From assembly GCA_020041925.1 (NCBI GenBank), contig CP083409.1: a stretch of DNA of 24,000 nt; one strand, 5' to 3'. Shown here piece by piece: positions 1-10,743 of the stretch (positions are counted from its first letter, which is position 1; each line of letters begins with the position of its first letter). Below the pieces are notes generated by a model, which worked only from the letters and a program-made list of their open reading frames with translations, did not search any database and was not told the DNA's origin. Origin of the DNA: Faucicola osloensis (lineage in GTDB: Bacteria; Pseudomonadota; Gammaproteobacteria; Pseudomonadales; Moraxellaceae). Made by a program: the position numbers and the translations under genes.

Positions 1-387
1 GCTGCCAAATCTTATGTATATGACGAAAACCCCCGTCATAAAAAGCACGTCACCATCGAATATGTGATGTTAAAAGACGTCAATGACACTGATGAACACG
101 CCCGTCAGCTGGTCAATCTGCTCAAAGATTTGCCCTGCAAAATTAATTTGATTCCGTTTAATCCGTTCCCGCATGCGCCTTATGGACGCTCTAGCAACAA
201 TCGTATCCATGCGTTTAGCAATATCCTGAACCAAGCAGGCTTTGTTTGTACCATTCGCCAAACCCGTGGCGATGACATTGATGCAGCGTGTGGACAACTG
301 GTCGGACAAGTCACCGATAAAACCCGCCGAGCAAAACAATGGCAAGAAAAAGTGTCCAAAACGTTACAATCTAAAGCGTCTCATTAA
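1..387 (+). CDS. rlmN: Dual-specificity rRNA/tRNA m2A methyltransferase RlmN, C-terminal part (5' end outside window)
   Basis: The frame is open from base 1 into ORF 64..387. The C-terminal radical-SAM RlmN-like sequence reads [18 protein letters not shown]...[17 protein letters not shown]. Synteny upstream of pilW-rodZ-ispG-hisS supports the call. Confidence 0.88.
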   Translation, partial: AAKSYVYDENPRHKKHVTIEYVMLKDVNDTDEHARQLVNLLKDLPCKINLIPFNPFPHAPYGRSSNNRIHAFSNILNQAGFVCTIRQTRGDDIDAACGQLVGQVTDKTRRAKQWQEKVSKTLQSKASH

Positions 388-688
388 ATCTTTTATCATT
401 ATAATAGTTTGGCGTGATACAGGCGCAAGTTAGCCTTATCGGTTGGTGTTATCAAGGTTTTTTTGCTATAGTAATAGCCATTTTTAATGATAGGCTTGTT
501 TTGCTATTGGGCTTTATCGACAATTAAAAATCGTTATCGACTGTCAAAATTTTTAATTATTCAATTTAGTTCATTTGATTATGAGTAAGTTTGTTATGCC
601 ACCATGTCACTCACGTCAAACTCATTTATACCAAAGTCAACCTGCTATTTTGTGTCAATTACACAACAACGATATAGACGACGACAAA

Positions 689-1561
689 ATGCCGGGCAAA
701 TCAAATTTTTTATCGAAGGTTTTTTTATCTAAGGTTTTTGCCGCAGGTATGATTGGCCTTTCAAGCTTCACCCTTTGCCTAACGGGTTGTACCACCACTC
801 GACAAGTCACCACGCAGACAGTCACCGCCAGTGACCCAAGTCGTTGGGAAAAAAATCCAGAAGAAATCGCCAGAATTCGCACCGCGATTGCCGCTGAATA
901 TATTCGTGGTGGAAAATTAGACGATGCCAAACGGCAGTTAGAAAGTGCATTAAAGTCTTATCCAAAGTCAGCAGAAGCCAATGATATGATGGGTGTGTTA
1001 TTGCAGCAAGAAGGCAGCCCGCGCAATATGCAAAAAGCCGAAGCTTATTTTAAAAACGCCATCGCACTCAATCCTGACTTTAGTCAAGCAAACAACAACT
1101 ATGGCGTCTATCTCGCCCAACTCAGTCGTAACCAAGAAGCGATTGCCCAGTTTCAAATTGCGGGTTCTGCCTTAGGATATGACGGTCGTGCCAGTGCGTT
1201 AGAGAATTTAGGTCGTACAGCATTAAAGGTCAAAAACAAACCGCTGGCGATACAATCATTTATCAAGGCGCTCGATGCCAACCGCCAAAGCATCGTCGCC
1301 CGTACAGAGCTTATTGATATTTTATTGGCAGATGGCAAATTTTTGGAGGCGCAGGCACTGTATAATGATTTGGTTAAAATTATTGGTCAATCCAACCTTG
1401 ACCCGCGCACTTTATCACAAGGGATTAGGCTTGCCAAACTTGCGAACAATACCATAGAAGTGCAAAAATTAGCGCAGCAGCTTTTGGATCGCTATCCACT
1501 TAGCGATGAAGCAAAGCAGATTCGTTCTGGACTTTTAACCCCAACGTCAACTTGGAAATAA
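689..1561 (+). CDS. pilW: Type IV pilus biogenesis/stability TPR lipoprotein PilW (PilF)
   Basis: The protein has TPR repeats (AAEYIRGGKLDDAKRQLESALKSYPKSAEANDMMG...). There is a lipobox LTGC after a hydrophobic segment if translation starts at ATG 689. The ORF track starts at TTG 575, which would add 38 non-signal-like residues. The position between rlmN and rodZ fits. Confidence 0.8.
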   Translation: MPGKSNFLSKVFLSKVFAAGMIGLSSFTLCLTGCTTTRQVTTQTVTASDPSRWEKNPEEIARIRTAIAAEYIRGGKLDDAKRQLESALKSYPKSAEANDMMGVLLQQEGSPRNMQKAEAYFKNAIALNPDFSQANNNYGVYLAQLSRNQEAIAQFQIAGSALGYDGRASALENLGRTALKVKNKPLAIQSFIKALDANRQSIVARTELIDILLADGKFLEAQALYNDLVKIIGQSNLDPRTLSQGIRLAKLANNTIEVQKLAQQLLDRYPLSDEAKQIRSGLLTPTSTWK

Positions 1562-1562
1562 G

Positions 1563-2471
1563 ATGGAAAACAGCAATAATACCGACAATCAACAAAACTC
1601 TACCCCGGTTCATGACACAACCCAGCTTTTGGGTCAGCGTTTTAAACAAGCCCGTGAGAAAAAAGGCTTATCGATTGACGATGTCGCTGCCAAAACTTTC
1701 ATCTTAAAAAGTCATCTTCGGGCGCTTGAAGCCAATGATTTTGACGCCTTGCCACAGCCTACCTTTGCGCGCGGTTTTGCCACTACCTATGGGCGTTTTT
1801 TGGGTTTAGATAAAAATCTGGTCGCGCAAAGTTTTGATGCCCAGTACCCCGCTACCCTCAAACAAAAATATGCCACGGTCATCAATGCCCCGATGCAGCC
1901 GATGGGCACGCTTAATCGTGAAGCGCGTCCCAGTGTGCGTATTAACCCTTTTGTCATTGGTGGTATTTTATTGGTATTAGGGCTTGCGATTTTTATTTTT
2001 AATAAAGTTAGCAAAGCACATAATGACTCGGTTGAACAAGCGCCCGCTAGCGCTGTTGCCAGTATGCCAACCCAAGACCAAGTCAGCGGTGCGTCGCTTA
2101 ACAATGCAGGCTCAGCGATTGTGACTAACACGGTGACTGCCAGTGGGTTACCCGCCACCGGATCTGCCATTACCGGTGTTGCGGTGAGTGCTGATAACGC
2201 CAGTGGTACAGCAGCGACAGGGCAAGCTGGTGCTAAAGCTTCAATTGACATTTTTGTGAAAGATACCACCAAAATCACCATTGTCGATGCGACAGGCAAT
2301 ACGATTTTAGATGGCGATCAAGCACGCGGTAGTTACCAATTGACAGGTCAAGCGCCGTTTCAAGTCAATATTGACAAAGCCAGCAACGTGAGCTTGGATT
2401 TGAACAAACAACCGATTAAATTAAGCAATTACGCCCAAAACGATAAAGCCAATTTTACTTTAAAACCTTAA
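1563..2471 (+). CDS. rodZ: Cytoskeleton protein RodZ (XRE-type HTH, single TM, Ser/Thr/Ala/Gly-rich linker, C-terminal DUF4115-like domain)
   Basis: The N-terminal HTH reads LGQRFKQAREKKGLSIDDVAAKTFILKSHLRALEANDFDALP. A TM segment INPFVIGGILLVLGLAIFIF follows, then a low-complexity linker. The position directly upstream of ispG fits. Confidence 0.82.
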   Translation: MENSNNTDNQQNSTPVHDTTQLLGQRFKQAREKKGLSIDDVAAKTFILKSHLRALEANDFDALPQPTFARGFATTYGRFLGLDKNLVAQSFDAQYPATLKQKYATVINAPMQPMGTLNREARPSVRINPFVIGGILLVLGLAIFIFNKVSKAHNDSVEQAPASAVASMPTQDQVSGASLNNAGSAIVTNTVTASGLPATGSAITGVAVSADNASGTAATGQAGAKASIDIFVKDTTKITIVDATGNTILDGDQARGSYQLTGQAPFQVNIDKASNVSLDLNKQPIKLSNYAQNDKANFTLKP

Positions 2472-2526
2472 CGACTTATAACTTTAAAAATACGCTAAAT
2501 CATTCGTTATAATAATAGGAACGCCT

Positions 2527-3642
2527 ATGTCAGCGCATAACCCCATCAAACGTAAACTCACCAAAAAAATCTACGTCGGTAATGTCGCAGTAGGCGGTGA
2601 CGCCCCCATTAGTGTGCAAAGTATGACCAATACCGATACCTGTGATGTCGATGCCACTGTGGCACAGATTCAGCGCTGTGTGGATGCCGGTGCTGATCTG
2701 ATGCGCGTTTCTACGCCAACGATGGAAAGCGTAAAAGCCTTTGCCGAAATCAAAAGACAAGTTTCTGTGCCATTGGTCGCAGACGTTCATTTTGATTATA
2801 AAATTGCACTGGCGGTGGCTGATGCCGGTGCAGACTGTTTACGTATCAACCCAGGTAATATCGGCAATGAACAAAAAGTGCGTGAAGTGATTGCCGCCGC
2901 CAAACATCATGGCATCAGTATGCGCATTGGCGTAAACGCGGGGTCACTAGAAAAAGACATCCAAAAAAAATATGGTGAACCCACGGGTGAAGCAATGCTT
3001 GAATCGGCGATGCGCCATATTGATATTTTAGATCGTAATAACTTTGATCAATTTAAAATCTCAGTCAAAGCCAGTAATGTGTTTTTGACCATGGATGCGT
3101 ATCGGTTGATTTCTGCACAAGTTGACAATCCCCTGCATTTAGGTGTGACAGAAGCAGGGGTGTACCGCACAGGTACCGTGAAGTCTGCGATTGCCTTAGG
3201 CGGGCTATTACTAGAAGGTATTGGCGATACCATGCGTATTTCGCTAGCCGCTGAGCCAGAAGAAGAAATTAAAATCGGTTTTGATATCTTAAAATCACTG
3301 GGTATCCGTAGTAATGGGGTGAATTTTATCGCCTGCCCTAGCTGCTCACGCCAAGAGTTTGATGTGATTCGGGTGATGATGGACTTAGAAAAACGCCTAG
3401 AAGATATCCGTGAGCCAATGGATGTGTCGGTGATTGGCTGTAAAGTCAATGGTCCAGGGGAAGCCAAAGAAGCTGACATTGGCGTGGTGGGTGCTAGTCC
3501 AAATAGCCTAGTATATAAAAATGGGGAAAAATCACATTTGATTGATACCACCAAGCTTGCTGATGAGATTGAAGCCATGGTCCGTCAAAAAGTGGCTGAA
3601 CGTGAAGCGCAGCGCGCCAATGAAATTTTACGGGTTAAATAA
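2527..3642 (+). CDS. ispG: 4-hydroxy-3-methylbut-2-en-1-yl diphosphate synthase (flavodoxin) IspG
   Basis: The full length resembles IspG/GcpE: [25 protein letters not shown], and the Cys ligand motifs [10 protein letters not shown] and GCKVNGPGE. Confidence 0.97.
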   Translation: MSAHNPIKRKLTKKIYVGNVAVGGDAPISVQSMTNTDTCDVDATVAQIQRCVDAGADLMRVSTPTMESVKAFAEIKRQVSVPLVADVHFDYKIALAVADAGADCLRINPGNIGNEQKVREVIAAAKHHGISMRIGVNAGSLEKDIQKKYGEPTGEAMLESAMRHIDILDRNNFDQFKISVKASNVFLTMDAYRLISAQVDNPLHLGVTEAGVYRTGTVKSAIALGGLLLEGIGDTMRISLAAEPEEEIKIGFDILKSLGIRSNGVNFIACPSCSRQEFDVIRVMMDLEKRLEDIREPMDVSVIGCKVNGPGEAKEADIGVVGASPNSLVYKNGEKSHLIDTTKLADEIEAMVRQKVAEREAQRANEILRVK

Positions 3643-3690
3643 TTTTTGTATCGTTTATTTTTTTAGTTTGCATTTTTTGGGAAATTGACC

Positions 3691-4989
3691 ATGTTAAAAT
3701 CCATTAAAGGGTTTAATGATATCTTACATATTGAGACAGAATCTACGCGCCCATCGAGTGAGTGGCGCCAACTTGAAAGCAGCCTTATCGATGTGCTCAA
3801 TCAATTTGGCTTTGAGCAAATACGCCTCCCAATCGTTGAAGAAACCCAGCTATTTGCCCGTGCGATTGGCGATGCCACTGACATTGTCGAAAAGGAAATG
3901 TATAGCTTTTATGACAAATCCAACCCACCTACGGCATTGACGCTACGCCCTGAAGGCACGGCAGGCGCGGTACGTGCCGTGGTGGAGCATAACTTATTGC
4001 GGGGTGACAATCCAAAACTTTGGTACATCGGTCCTATGTTTCGCTATGAACAACCGCAAAAAGGCCGTTATCGTCAGTTTCACCAATTAGGGGTTGAGAG
4101 TTTTGGCAGTGAATTGGCGGATGCCGATGCTGAGCTCATTATCATGACTTACCAAATGTGGCAAAAACTGGGTATTTTAGACGTGGTTCAACTTGAGATT
4201 AATAGCTTGGGTGAGATAGATGAGCGACTGGCGTATCGCCAAGCCTTGGTGGATTTTTTAACCGATAAAAAATCTCAATTGGATGAAGATAGTCAGCGCC
4301 GCTTAACCACCAACCCACTACGTATTTTGGATAGTAAAGATAAAAATACCCAACAAATTTTAGAGGATGCCCCAAAGCTTGCTGACTTTTTGGGGGCAGC
4401 AAGCCAGCAGCATTTTGAAGCCTTACAACACTATCTTAATGCAGTCGGCATCAATTTTGTGATTAATCCAAAACTGGTACGGGGTTTAGATTATTACAAT
4501 AAAACCGTATTTGAATGGACAACTGACCAGCTAGGTAGCCAAGCCACAGTGTGTGCTGGGGGTCGTTATGATGGACTTATCAGACAAATCAAATCTATTG
4601 GCAGTGATAAACCAGCCGCCTCCGAGCCTGCTGTAGGTTTTGCCATGGGGCTTGAGCGTTTGCTGTTACTCATGCAAAAGGTGCATCCATTTGAGGCAAC
4701 ACCTGCCTGTGATGTATTTGTGGTCGCCCATCCTGATGTTTACACCGATGCCATCAAATTTGCCCATGAGCTGCGTACGCGACGTTCAAATCTTCGCGTG
4801 AAAATGGCAAGTGCCACGAGCTTAAAAGCGCAAATGAAGAAAGCCGACAAATCAGGTGCGCAATTATCAGTGATTATCGCGCAAGATGAAGTCGCCAATC
4901 AGCAAATTACCATCAAAAAAATGGCAACCGGTGACCAAATTACGGTCGCAAGTGACACGCTCTTTAGCGAAAACCCAGATTTTATCTAA
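3691..4989 (+). CDS. hisS: Histidine--tRNA ligase
   Basis: Class II aaRS HisS motifs are present ([51 protein letters not shown]). ATG 3691 sits behind GGGAA. The ORF track begins 6 nt earlier at TTG 3685. Confidence 0.96.
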   Translation: MLKSIKGFNDILHIETESTRPSSEWRQLESSLIDVLNQFGFEQIRLPIVEETQLFARAIGDATDIVEKEMYSFYDKSNPPTALTLRPEGTAGAVRAVVEHNLLRGDNPKLWYIGPMFRYEQPQKGRYRQFHQLGVESFGSELADADAELIIMTYQMWQKLGILDVVQLEINSLGEIDERLAYRQALVDFLTDKKSQLDEDSQRRLTTNPLRILDSKDKNTQQILEDAPKLADFLGAASQQHFEALQHYLNAVGINFVINPKLVRGLDYYNKTVFEWTTDQLGSQATVCAGGRYDGLIRQIKSIGSDKPAASEPAVGFAMGLERLLLLMQKVHPFEATPACDVFVVAHPDVYTDAIKFAHELRTRRSNLRVKMASATSLKAQMKKADKSGAQLSVIIAQDEVANQQITIKKMATGDQITVASDTLFSENPDFI

Positions 4990-5054
4990 TCTATCTGATT
5001 GAGCCAAATTTGATGGGTAACTTATATTAGTAATTTTTTGAAAGGCTTTATGTA

Positions 5055-5894
5055 ATGGTTAAAGACGTACAACCTAAGCTAGTAAATGATGAACAGCAAT
5101 CCTTAGGCGCGCTCAAACAATATGGTGGCTATATTGTATCCGCTATTATGTTGGTATTAGCCGGTTATTTTGGCTGGAGTTATTGGCAAAAGCATGGCGG
5201 CAATATAGATACCGCCGCGGCGAACGATTTTGCCAAAATTCAAAGCGACCAGAACAACATTGAGACCCTAACCACCCAAGCTGCCACCGATCCTAAAGCA
5301 CAAGCGCAACTGGCTACGGCGCAAACCAATTTGAGCAAAGACTTGAGCGAATTCGTGGCTAAACATGATAATTCGGTTTATACATGGCAAGCCTTAATGC
5401 TGCAAGCCAAACAACAAACCGATAACAATGATCTAAAAGCGGCGGCGGCAACGCTGCAAAAAGCGTCTCAGTTAACGCTTAAGGATGATGGGCTAAAAGC
5501 CATTGCCATTTTGCGCCAAGCACAAGTGCTATTGTCAGACAATCAAGCGGATGCGGCACAAAAACGCTTACAAAGCCCCTTACCTGCTGCCTTTGAAGCC
5601 AGTAAACTTGAGATTTTGGGGGACATTGCCAACCAACAAGGTGATAAAAAAGCGGCTGCTACTCATTACCAAAAAGCTTGGCAATTGATTGAACAACGTA
5701 ATCAAAACAACCCAAACCCCCAAGACCGTGCATTGCTGCGTATTAAAATGGAAAGCCTAGGCTTAAGCGTCAAACAACCTGATTTAACAGGCGGCGTACT
5801 GGTCAAACCTACCCAAGCACCTACTCAAGCTGAAAAAACTGTCCTTGCTGCTGCAGCCGCATCTGCGCCTGCTGTTGCCTCAGGTATAAAATAG
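5055..5894 (+). CDS. yfgM: YfgM-like membrane-anchored TPR protein (ancillary SecYEG translocon subunit family)
   Basis: It has an N-terminal single TM (YGGYIVSAIMLVLAGYFGWSYW) followed by an Ala/Gln-rich TPR-like domain. The position between hisS and bamB is conserved in gammaproteobacteria. Confidence 0.7.
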   Translation: MVKDVQPKLVNDEQQSLGALKQYGGYIVSAIMLVLAGYFGWSYWQKHGGNIDTAAANDFAKIQSDQNNIETLTTQAATDPKAQAQLATAQTNLSKDLSEFVAKHDNSVYTWQALMLQAKQQTDNNDLKAAAATLQKASQLTLKDDGLKAIAILRQAQVLLSDNQADAAQKRLQSPLPAAFEASKLEILGDIANQQGDKKAAATHYQKAWQLIEQRNQNNPNPQDRALLRIKMESLGLSVKQPDLTGGVLVKPTQAPTQAEKTVLAAAAASAPAVASGIK

Positions 5895-5966
5895 GTGCAA
5901 AATCTTAACCTGACAAAACTCTTAAATGGCAATATTTAAATTTCACTATACGTTACGAGATAAACA

Positions 5967-7208
5967 ATGACGACCATAACAACAACAAAATCGACACCCT
6001 TATCGACAAACTTAATGAAACCTGCCGTATTTGCAACCGCCTTGGTGGTAGCGATGACCCTGACAGGTTGTGACAAGTTTAAAAAATCTGACAATGTCCA
6101 TAAACCTGCCGCACTTGTGAAACTCGCTAGCAGTCAAAATGTGATTTCCCCACTGTTTAGTCAAGGCAGTAATACAAAAGTTAGCAAACGCTTTGGCAGT
6201 TTGCGCAATAAAACCACCATCAGCCAGCAACCTACCGCCTTTCGCGTGGCGTATGACAACAATGGCTATGTGAATGCGTTAGCAGACGGTAGCGTGCAAG
6301 CGTTTGATGGGCAAGGCAAAGCGCTTTGGAGTACCAAACTCAAACAAGGCCTAATGTCAGGGGTGGCGCTAGATGAACAATCTCGCGTAGCCGTGGTCAG
6401 TGACAGCAAAGGGGTCATCATTGCGTTAGATAGAATGACTGGCAAAGTAATTTGGCAAACGCCGTTGGACACCGTAACCCTATCCCCTGCCCTCATCAGC
6501 CAAAACCGTGTCATTACCCTTGGCAATGATGGTAAAATTAGTGCGCTGTCGCTAGAGTCTGGCGCGCCTATTTGGACTTTTAACACCCAAAATCCAAATT
6601 TAAGCGTTCGCGGTAGTGCCACGCCGATTTTATTCAATCGCAATACGGTGCTGGTTTCGACAGCCGATGGTCGTATCCATGCTTTAAACATCGATAATGG
6701 CGTACCCATTTGGTCAAAACGTTTTGGTATCAGCAAAGGCAGTAGCGATATCGAAAAAATTTCTGATGTGGACGCCACTCCCGTATTAGATGGCAATATG
6801 TTGTATGTTGTGTCCTACAGTGGTCAGTTAGTCGCTGCCGATATGGCTTCACAGCAGCTAAGTTTTGTCAAAGAGTTGGCGAGCCTAAAATCAGTCGGCA
6901 CAGATGCTAGCCAAGTTTACGCCACTTCACTCGATGGCGAATTGGTGGCGATGGATAAAATGACAGGCACGGTTAATTGGCAAACCGATAACTTGTCTTA
7001 TCGTGGCTTGAGTAACGCGGTGAGTATCGGCAACTATGTGGTGGTTGGTGATGCCATGGGTTATTTGCATGTATATGACCGCACCTCAGGGGCACTGGTT
7101 GACAGAAAACAAGCCAAATCCGACGTGGCGGTATTACAGTTTATCAATAACCGTTTGATTGCCCAAAGCGCAAATGGCGCATTTAGTGTTTGGCAAGTAA
7201 ATCGTTAA
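5967..7208 (+). CDS. bamB: Outer membrane protein assembly factor BamB (lipoprotein, PQQ-like beta-propeller)
   Basis: There is a lipobox LTGC, and the signal peptide fits better from the alternative start ATG 6015 (MKPAVFATALVVAMTLTGC). Repeated propeller motifs are present (G..ALD..TG..IW). The position upstream of der fits. Confidence 0.9.
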   Translation: MTTITTTKSTPLSTNLMKPAVFATALVVAMTLTGCDKFKKSDNVHKPAALVKLASSQNVISPLFSQGSNTKVSKRFGSLRNKTTISQQPTAFRVAYDNNGYVNALADGSVQAFDGQGKALWSTKLKQGLMSGVALDEQSRVAVVSDSKGVIIALDRMTGKVIWQTPLDTVTLSPALISQNRVITLGNDGKISALSLESGAPIWTFNTQNPNLSVRGSATPILFNRNTVLVSTADGRIHALNIDNGVPIWSKRFGISKGSSDIEKISDVDATPVLDGNMLYVVSYSGQLVAADMASQQLSFVKELASLKSVGTDASQVYATSLDGELVAMDKMTGTVNWQTDNLSYRGLSNAVSIGNYVVVGDAMGYLHVYDRTSGALVDRKQAKSDVAVLQFINNRLIAQSANGAFSVWQVNR

Positions 7209-7288
7209 TTGTTAAACTGTTTACGCATTTAGCAGTTTTGGTGATTGGGTTAGCAGCCCATACTGATAAAAGTGTGAGTTTAAATGAC

Positions 7289-7317
7289 AACCCAGCATTG
7301 CAGCGCGATGTTGGGTT
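7289..7317 (+). terminator. Candidate stem-loop terminator downstream of bamB
   Basis: AACCCAGCAT (7289..7298) pairs with ATGTTGGGTT (7308..7317), giving a 10-bp stem with one G-U pair and a 9-nt loop. The downstream T-run is weak (TGTTAAGTT). Confidence 0.35.
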
Positions 7318-7408
7318 TGTTAAGTTATAGAAATAATGAATTTTTCAAGCTTGTTAAAATCTTGCTTGTTGAAAATCTTGCTTTTTAAAAATTTTGGAAA
7401 TTAAATTT

Positions 7409-8812
7409 ATGAAACCAGTTGTTGCCTTGATTGGCCGTCCGAACGTTGGCAAGTCCACCATATTTAATCAGTTGACCCGCAGTCGTCAAGCCTTGGTTGC
7501 TGATTTGGCAGGTCTTACTCGCGACCGTCAATATGGCGATGCAACCTTTGAAGAAAAATCCTTTATCGTCATCGATACCGGTGGTATTGGCGAAGTGGAT
7601 GAAGGTGACGGCACCATTGATGATTATATGTCGCACCAATCGCATACCGCTATCCATGAAGCAGATATCATTGTATTTGTGGTTGATAGCCGCGCAGGTA
7701 TCACGGGCGCCGATGAAGTCATTGCCAAACAACTTCATACCCTTGGCAAGCCCGTGTTTTTAGCCGCCAATAAAATGGATGGCGTCCATGAAGCGGCGAT
7801 TCATGAATTTTATGCGTTAGGTTTTGGTGAGCCATTTTCTATGGCAGCCAGTCACGGACGTGGGGTCGGCAATTTATTAGAAGCCGTCACTGCCAATATG
7901 CCCACCGATGACCAAGAAGAACAAGCACCTGATGGCTTACGTATCGCCATCATTGGCAGACCCAACGTCGGCAAATCTACGCTTGTCAATCGCTTGCTCG
8001 GTGAAGAACGCGTGGTGGTTTTTGATATGCCAGGTACCACGCGCGATAGTATTTATATCCCTTATGAGCGTGACAACAGACATTATGTGTTGATTGATAC
8101 CGCAGGCGTGCGTCGCCGTGGACGTATTGATGAAAAAGTTGAAAAATTTTCTGTGGTCAAAACCTTGCAAGCCATCAAAGATGCCCATGTAGTCATCGTG
8201 GTCATTGATGCGCAAGAAGGCATTACCGATCAGGATTTGAACTTGTTGGGCTACGCCTTAGAAGCGGGTCGCGCGATGGTACTTGCCATCAATAAATGGG
8301 ACGGGCTTGACCAAGACCAAAAGAATTTTGTCAAAATTGAAATGGATCGACGTTTTAACTTTATCCCTTATGTAAAAGTGCATTTAATCTCTGCGCTTCA
8401 TGGGACAGGCGTTGGCAATCTTTACCCATCGATTCACCGTGCCTATGATGCGGCGATGTTTGATATTTCCACCAGTCGCTTGACCCAAATTCTGCAAGAT
8501 GCGGTTACTGCACACCAGCCCCCTATGGTAGGCGGGCGACGCATTAAACTTCGATTTGCGCATTTGGGGGGTCATAATCCACCGATTATTGTGATTCATG
8601 GCAATCAGACCAGCCAAGTGCCAAACAGTTATCGTCGCTACCTAGAAAACGAATTTCGCAAAGTATTCAAGCTTGAAGGCACTCCGATTCGGGTTGAGTT
8701 TAAACAAAACGCCAACCCTTACGCAGGTCGCACCAATACCATGACGGATGCGCAAAAAGAACGTAAACGTCGAGAAGTACAAAAATTCAAAAAGCGCGGC
8801 AAAAAACGTTGA
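7409..8812 (+). CDS. der: Ribosome biogenesis GTPase Der (EngA)
   Basis: There are two tandem GTPase domains, each with [17 protein letters not shown] and NKxD, plus a C-terminal KH-like domain and a Lys/Arg tail. The start is taken at [17 protein letters not shown]; the ORF track starts 15 nt earlier at 7394. Confidence 0.96.
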   Translation: MKPVVALIGRPNVGKSTIFNQLTRSRQALVADLAGLTRDRQYGDATFEEKSFIVIDTGGIGEVDEGDGTIDDYMSHQSHTAIHEADIIVFVVDSRAGITGADEVIAKQLHTLGKPVFLAANKMDGVHEAAIHEFYALGFGEPFSMAASHGRGVGNLLEAVTANMPTDDQEEQAPDGLRIAIIGRPNVGKSTLVNRLLGEERVVVFDMPGTTRDSIYIPYERDNRHYVLIDTAGVRRRGRIDEKVEKFSVVKTLQAIKDAHVVIVVIDAQEGITDQDLNLLGYALEAGRAMVLAINKWDGLDQDQKNFVKIEMDRRFNFIPYVKVHLISALHGTGVGNLYPSIHRAYDAAMFDISTSRLTQILQDAVTAHQPPMVGGRRIKLRFAHLGGHNPPIIVIHGNQTSQVPNSYRRYLENEFRKVFKLEGTPIRVEFKQNANPYAGRTNTMTDAQKERKRREVQKFKKRGKKR

Positions 8813-8846
8813 GGTGATGTTAATTGGCGTTTTAAGGGTTGAGTAA

Positions 8847-10697
8847 ATGGTGCAGAAGACGTTAGGGTATCAAATTAGGGTAAAGCGTATCGTTGCGATA
8901 CCCTTTTTATTGGTTTTATTTATTTGCCTTGTGATTTATACCTTAGTCGACTTGACCCAAACAGTGCAATCTGAAATCAAACAGGCAAGTAAGATAAATT
9001 ATCTACTTGCCCAGTCTGTCGCCAGCAACCCCAACAGTGTGACAACCGCTAGCATTGATAAACTGTTAAGCGAGATGCCGCAGTACGAAAGCATTTTGTT
9101 TTTTCCATTTGATCAGCAGCAGCATCCGACCACGCATCCCATTAAAGTCACTGAAGTGCTTTTTGAGCGCTATTACGGATTGAGCGAACCTGTTAAAATC
9201 AATTTGTTAAAATTAACGCCCAATCAAAAAAACACTAAAGTAGACCAGCTAATTGGCTATAGTAATCTTACCCTTGACCTACAAACCATTCGCCAGCAAT
9301 GGTTTTGGCAACATTTGCCGTTAATGCTTGTGCTATCATTTATTGCGCTGTTCAATTTGTGGTTTGTATTGCAAAAGGTGCAAAATTTAACCAATCGCTT
9401 GCCAGAACTTGAAGACTTAAGCCATCAAATTTTGCAAGATGAATTTTCACAGGCAGAGGCGTATCAGCTATCAAAAAGTAATGAGGCGTGGGTGTTTGAG
9501 AAAGCCTTGGTGTATTTGCTCAATAAGCGCAAGGCACAAATTACCCAAATCAACACCCTGCGCCAAGGAAAATATGACCTTGAAGAAACCCAAATTAAGC
9601 AGCTTGAGCATAGCTCAAAATTTGAAAATATTTTGATTCATGAGTTTAAATCCTCCGTGAGTCGTATCGAATCGGGTTTACAGCTATTACACAATCAATA
9701 TATCAGCGCTGAGCAAAAAGATGCCGTTGAAATTATTAGTTTGGGTAAAGATGATTTAAATGCTAAGCTGGATCAAATCATCCAAATTAACCGTATCGAT
9801 AAAGGTCAAATAGGGGTCAGCGCCTACCAATTCAGTCCAACGGGGTTAATCACCCAAATTGTCAATGATTACCAGCCTTTGGCTGCCGAGAAAAATATCA
9901 CGTTAAAGGCAAAGCCCTATCATGCCGACTATGTCCTAGAAGGCGATGTTCAAAAAATCACTTTGATTATTAGCTCATTGGTAGAAAATGCCATTAAATT
10001 TACCGATAAAGGCAGCATAACAATCACCTCGCAGTTGCAACATTTACAAACGCAAGTACGGTGGACGCTGCAGATTGAAGACACCGGTATAGGCATTGCG
10101 AAGGAACATTTAGAGCAGATTTTTGAACCTTTTTTCCAAATTAATCCTGAAGTAAAACATTCCTCCTCAACTAATTCTGCAGGATTATTTTTGGTAAAAA
10201 AACTATTAGCACTGATGAAAGGCGGCATCACAGTTACTAGCGAACCAAATGTAGGTACCAATTTTCAAGTATCGTTACTGCTAAAAGATTGGAAACACAA
10301 CTATGAGCGCAATTTATTGATAAATAAACATATTGTTGTTTGGTATCACTATGAAGATTTATTCGAAAAAGCCAAACGCATGGAAAATGCCGGTGCTAAA
10401 GTTGAGACCTTTACCAATACTGAACCTCTTGAAGATTATTTGTCCTCTCATACGGTGGATGCGCTGTTTATCTCGCGAAATATTGATTATCAAGCGATAT
10501 TAGACTTTGTCAGCAAATTTCGTGAGCTTGAACATAACGGCAGGGTCACTATTGTTTGTGTTTATGACACCAAAGCGTTAAATCCGCATAGCATTGAACT
10601 GCTAAAAATAGCGGGGGTGGATTATTTTGTGAAAAAAGAAGTAATAGACGATACACCCGATCAATATATTAAAGATCTGTCCCATATTTTGAGTTAA
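8847..10697 (+). CDS. Membrane sensor histidine kinase with C-terminal receiver-like (probably non-phosphorylatable) domain
   Basis: There are two predicted TM segments (IVAIPFLLVLFICLVIYTLV and LPLMLVLSFIALFNLWFVL). An H-box reads LIHEFKSSVSRI. HATPase_c motifs are present (ENAIKFT, DTGIGI, FEPFFQ, GLFLVKKL). About 125 C-terminal residues show an alternating beta/alpha, receiver-like pattern. Confidence 0.85.
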   Translation: MVQKTLGYQIRVKRIVAIPFLLVLFICLVIYTLVDLTQTVQSEIKQASKINYLLAQSVASNPNSVTTASIDKLLSEMPQYESILFFPFDQQQHPTTHPIKVTEVLFERYYGLSEPVKINLLKLTPNQKNTKVDQLIGYSNLTLDLQTIRQQWFWQHLPLMLVLSFIALFNLWFVLQKVQNLTNRLPELEDLSHQILQDEFSQAEAYQLSKSNEAWVFEKALVYLLNKRKAQITQINTLRQGKYDLEETQIKQLEHSSKFENILIHEFKSSVSRIESGLQLLHNQYISAEQKDAVEIISLGKDDLNAKLDQIIQINRIDKGQIGVSAYQFSPTGLITQIVNDYQPLAAEKNITLKAKPYHADYVLEGDVQKITLIISSLVENAIKFTDKGSITITSQLQHLQTQVRWTLQIEDTGIGIAKEHLEQIFEPFFQINPEVKHSSSTNSAGLFLVKKLLALMKGGITVTSEPNVGTNFQVSLLLKDWKHNYERNLLINKHIVVWYHYEDLFEKAKRMENAGAKVETFTNTEPLEDYLSSHTVDALFISRNIDYQAILDFVSKFRELEHNGRVTIVCVYDTKALNPHSIELLKIAGVDYFVKKEVIDDTPDQYIKDLSHILS

Positions 10698-10727
10698 AAA
10701 AACCCTTCAGATGAAAGGTTTTTTTAT
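10696..10727. terminator. Bidirectional rho-independent terminator between the convergent kinase and carboxypeptidase genes
   Basis: The sequence AAAAAACCCTT-CAGATGA-AAGGTTTTTTT is an A-tract, stem-loop and T-tract, symmetric on both strands. Confidence 0.65.
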
Positions 10728-10743
10728 AATTTTTCTTTGTAAT

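Noticed and set aside
3048-3578. A 176-aa minus-strand ORF inside ispG. Similar long antisense ORFs occur at 1787..2299 (inside rodZ), 6266..6796 (inside bamB), 7385..7738 (inside der) and 12347..12718 (inside tnpB).
   Set aside because: Each lies entirely antisense to a confidently identified gene. Their translations are low-complexity or Ser/Pro/Arg-biased with no recognisable motifs. These are typical shadow ORFs.
6232-6239. An ops/JUMPstart-like octamer GGCGGTAG on the minus strand.
   Set aside because: It lies inside the bamB coding sequence, far from and not upstream of the polysaccharide cluster. It is a chance occurrence of an 8-mer.
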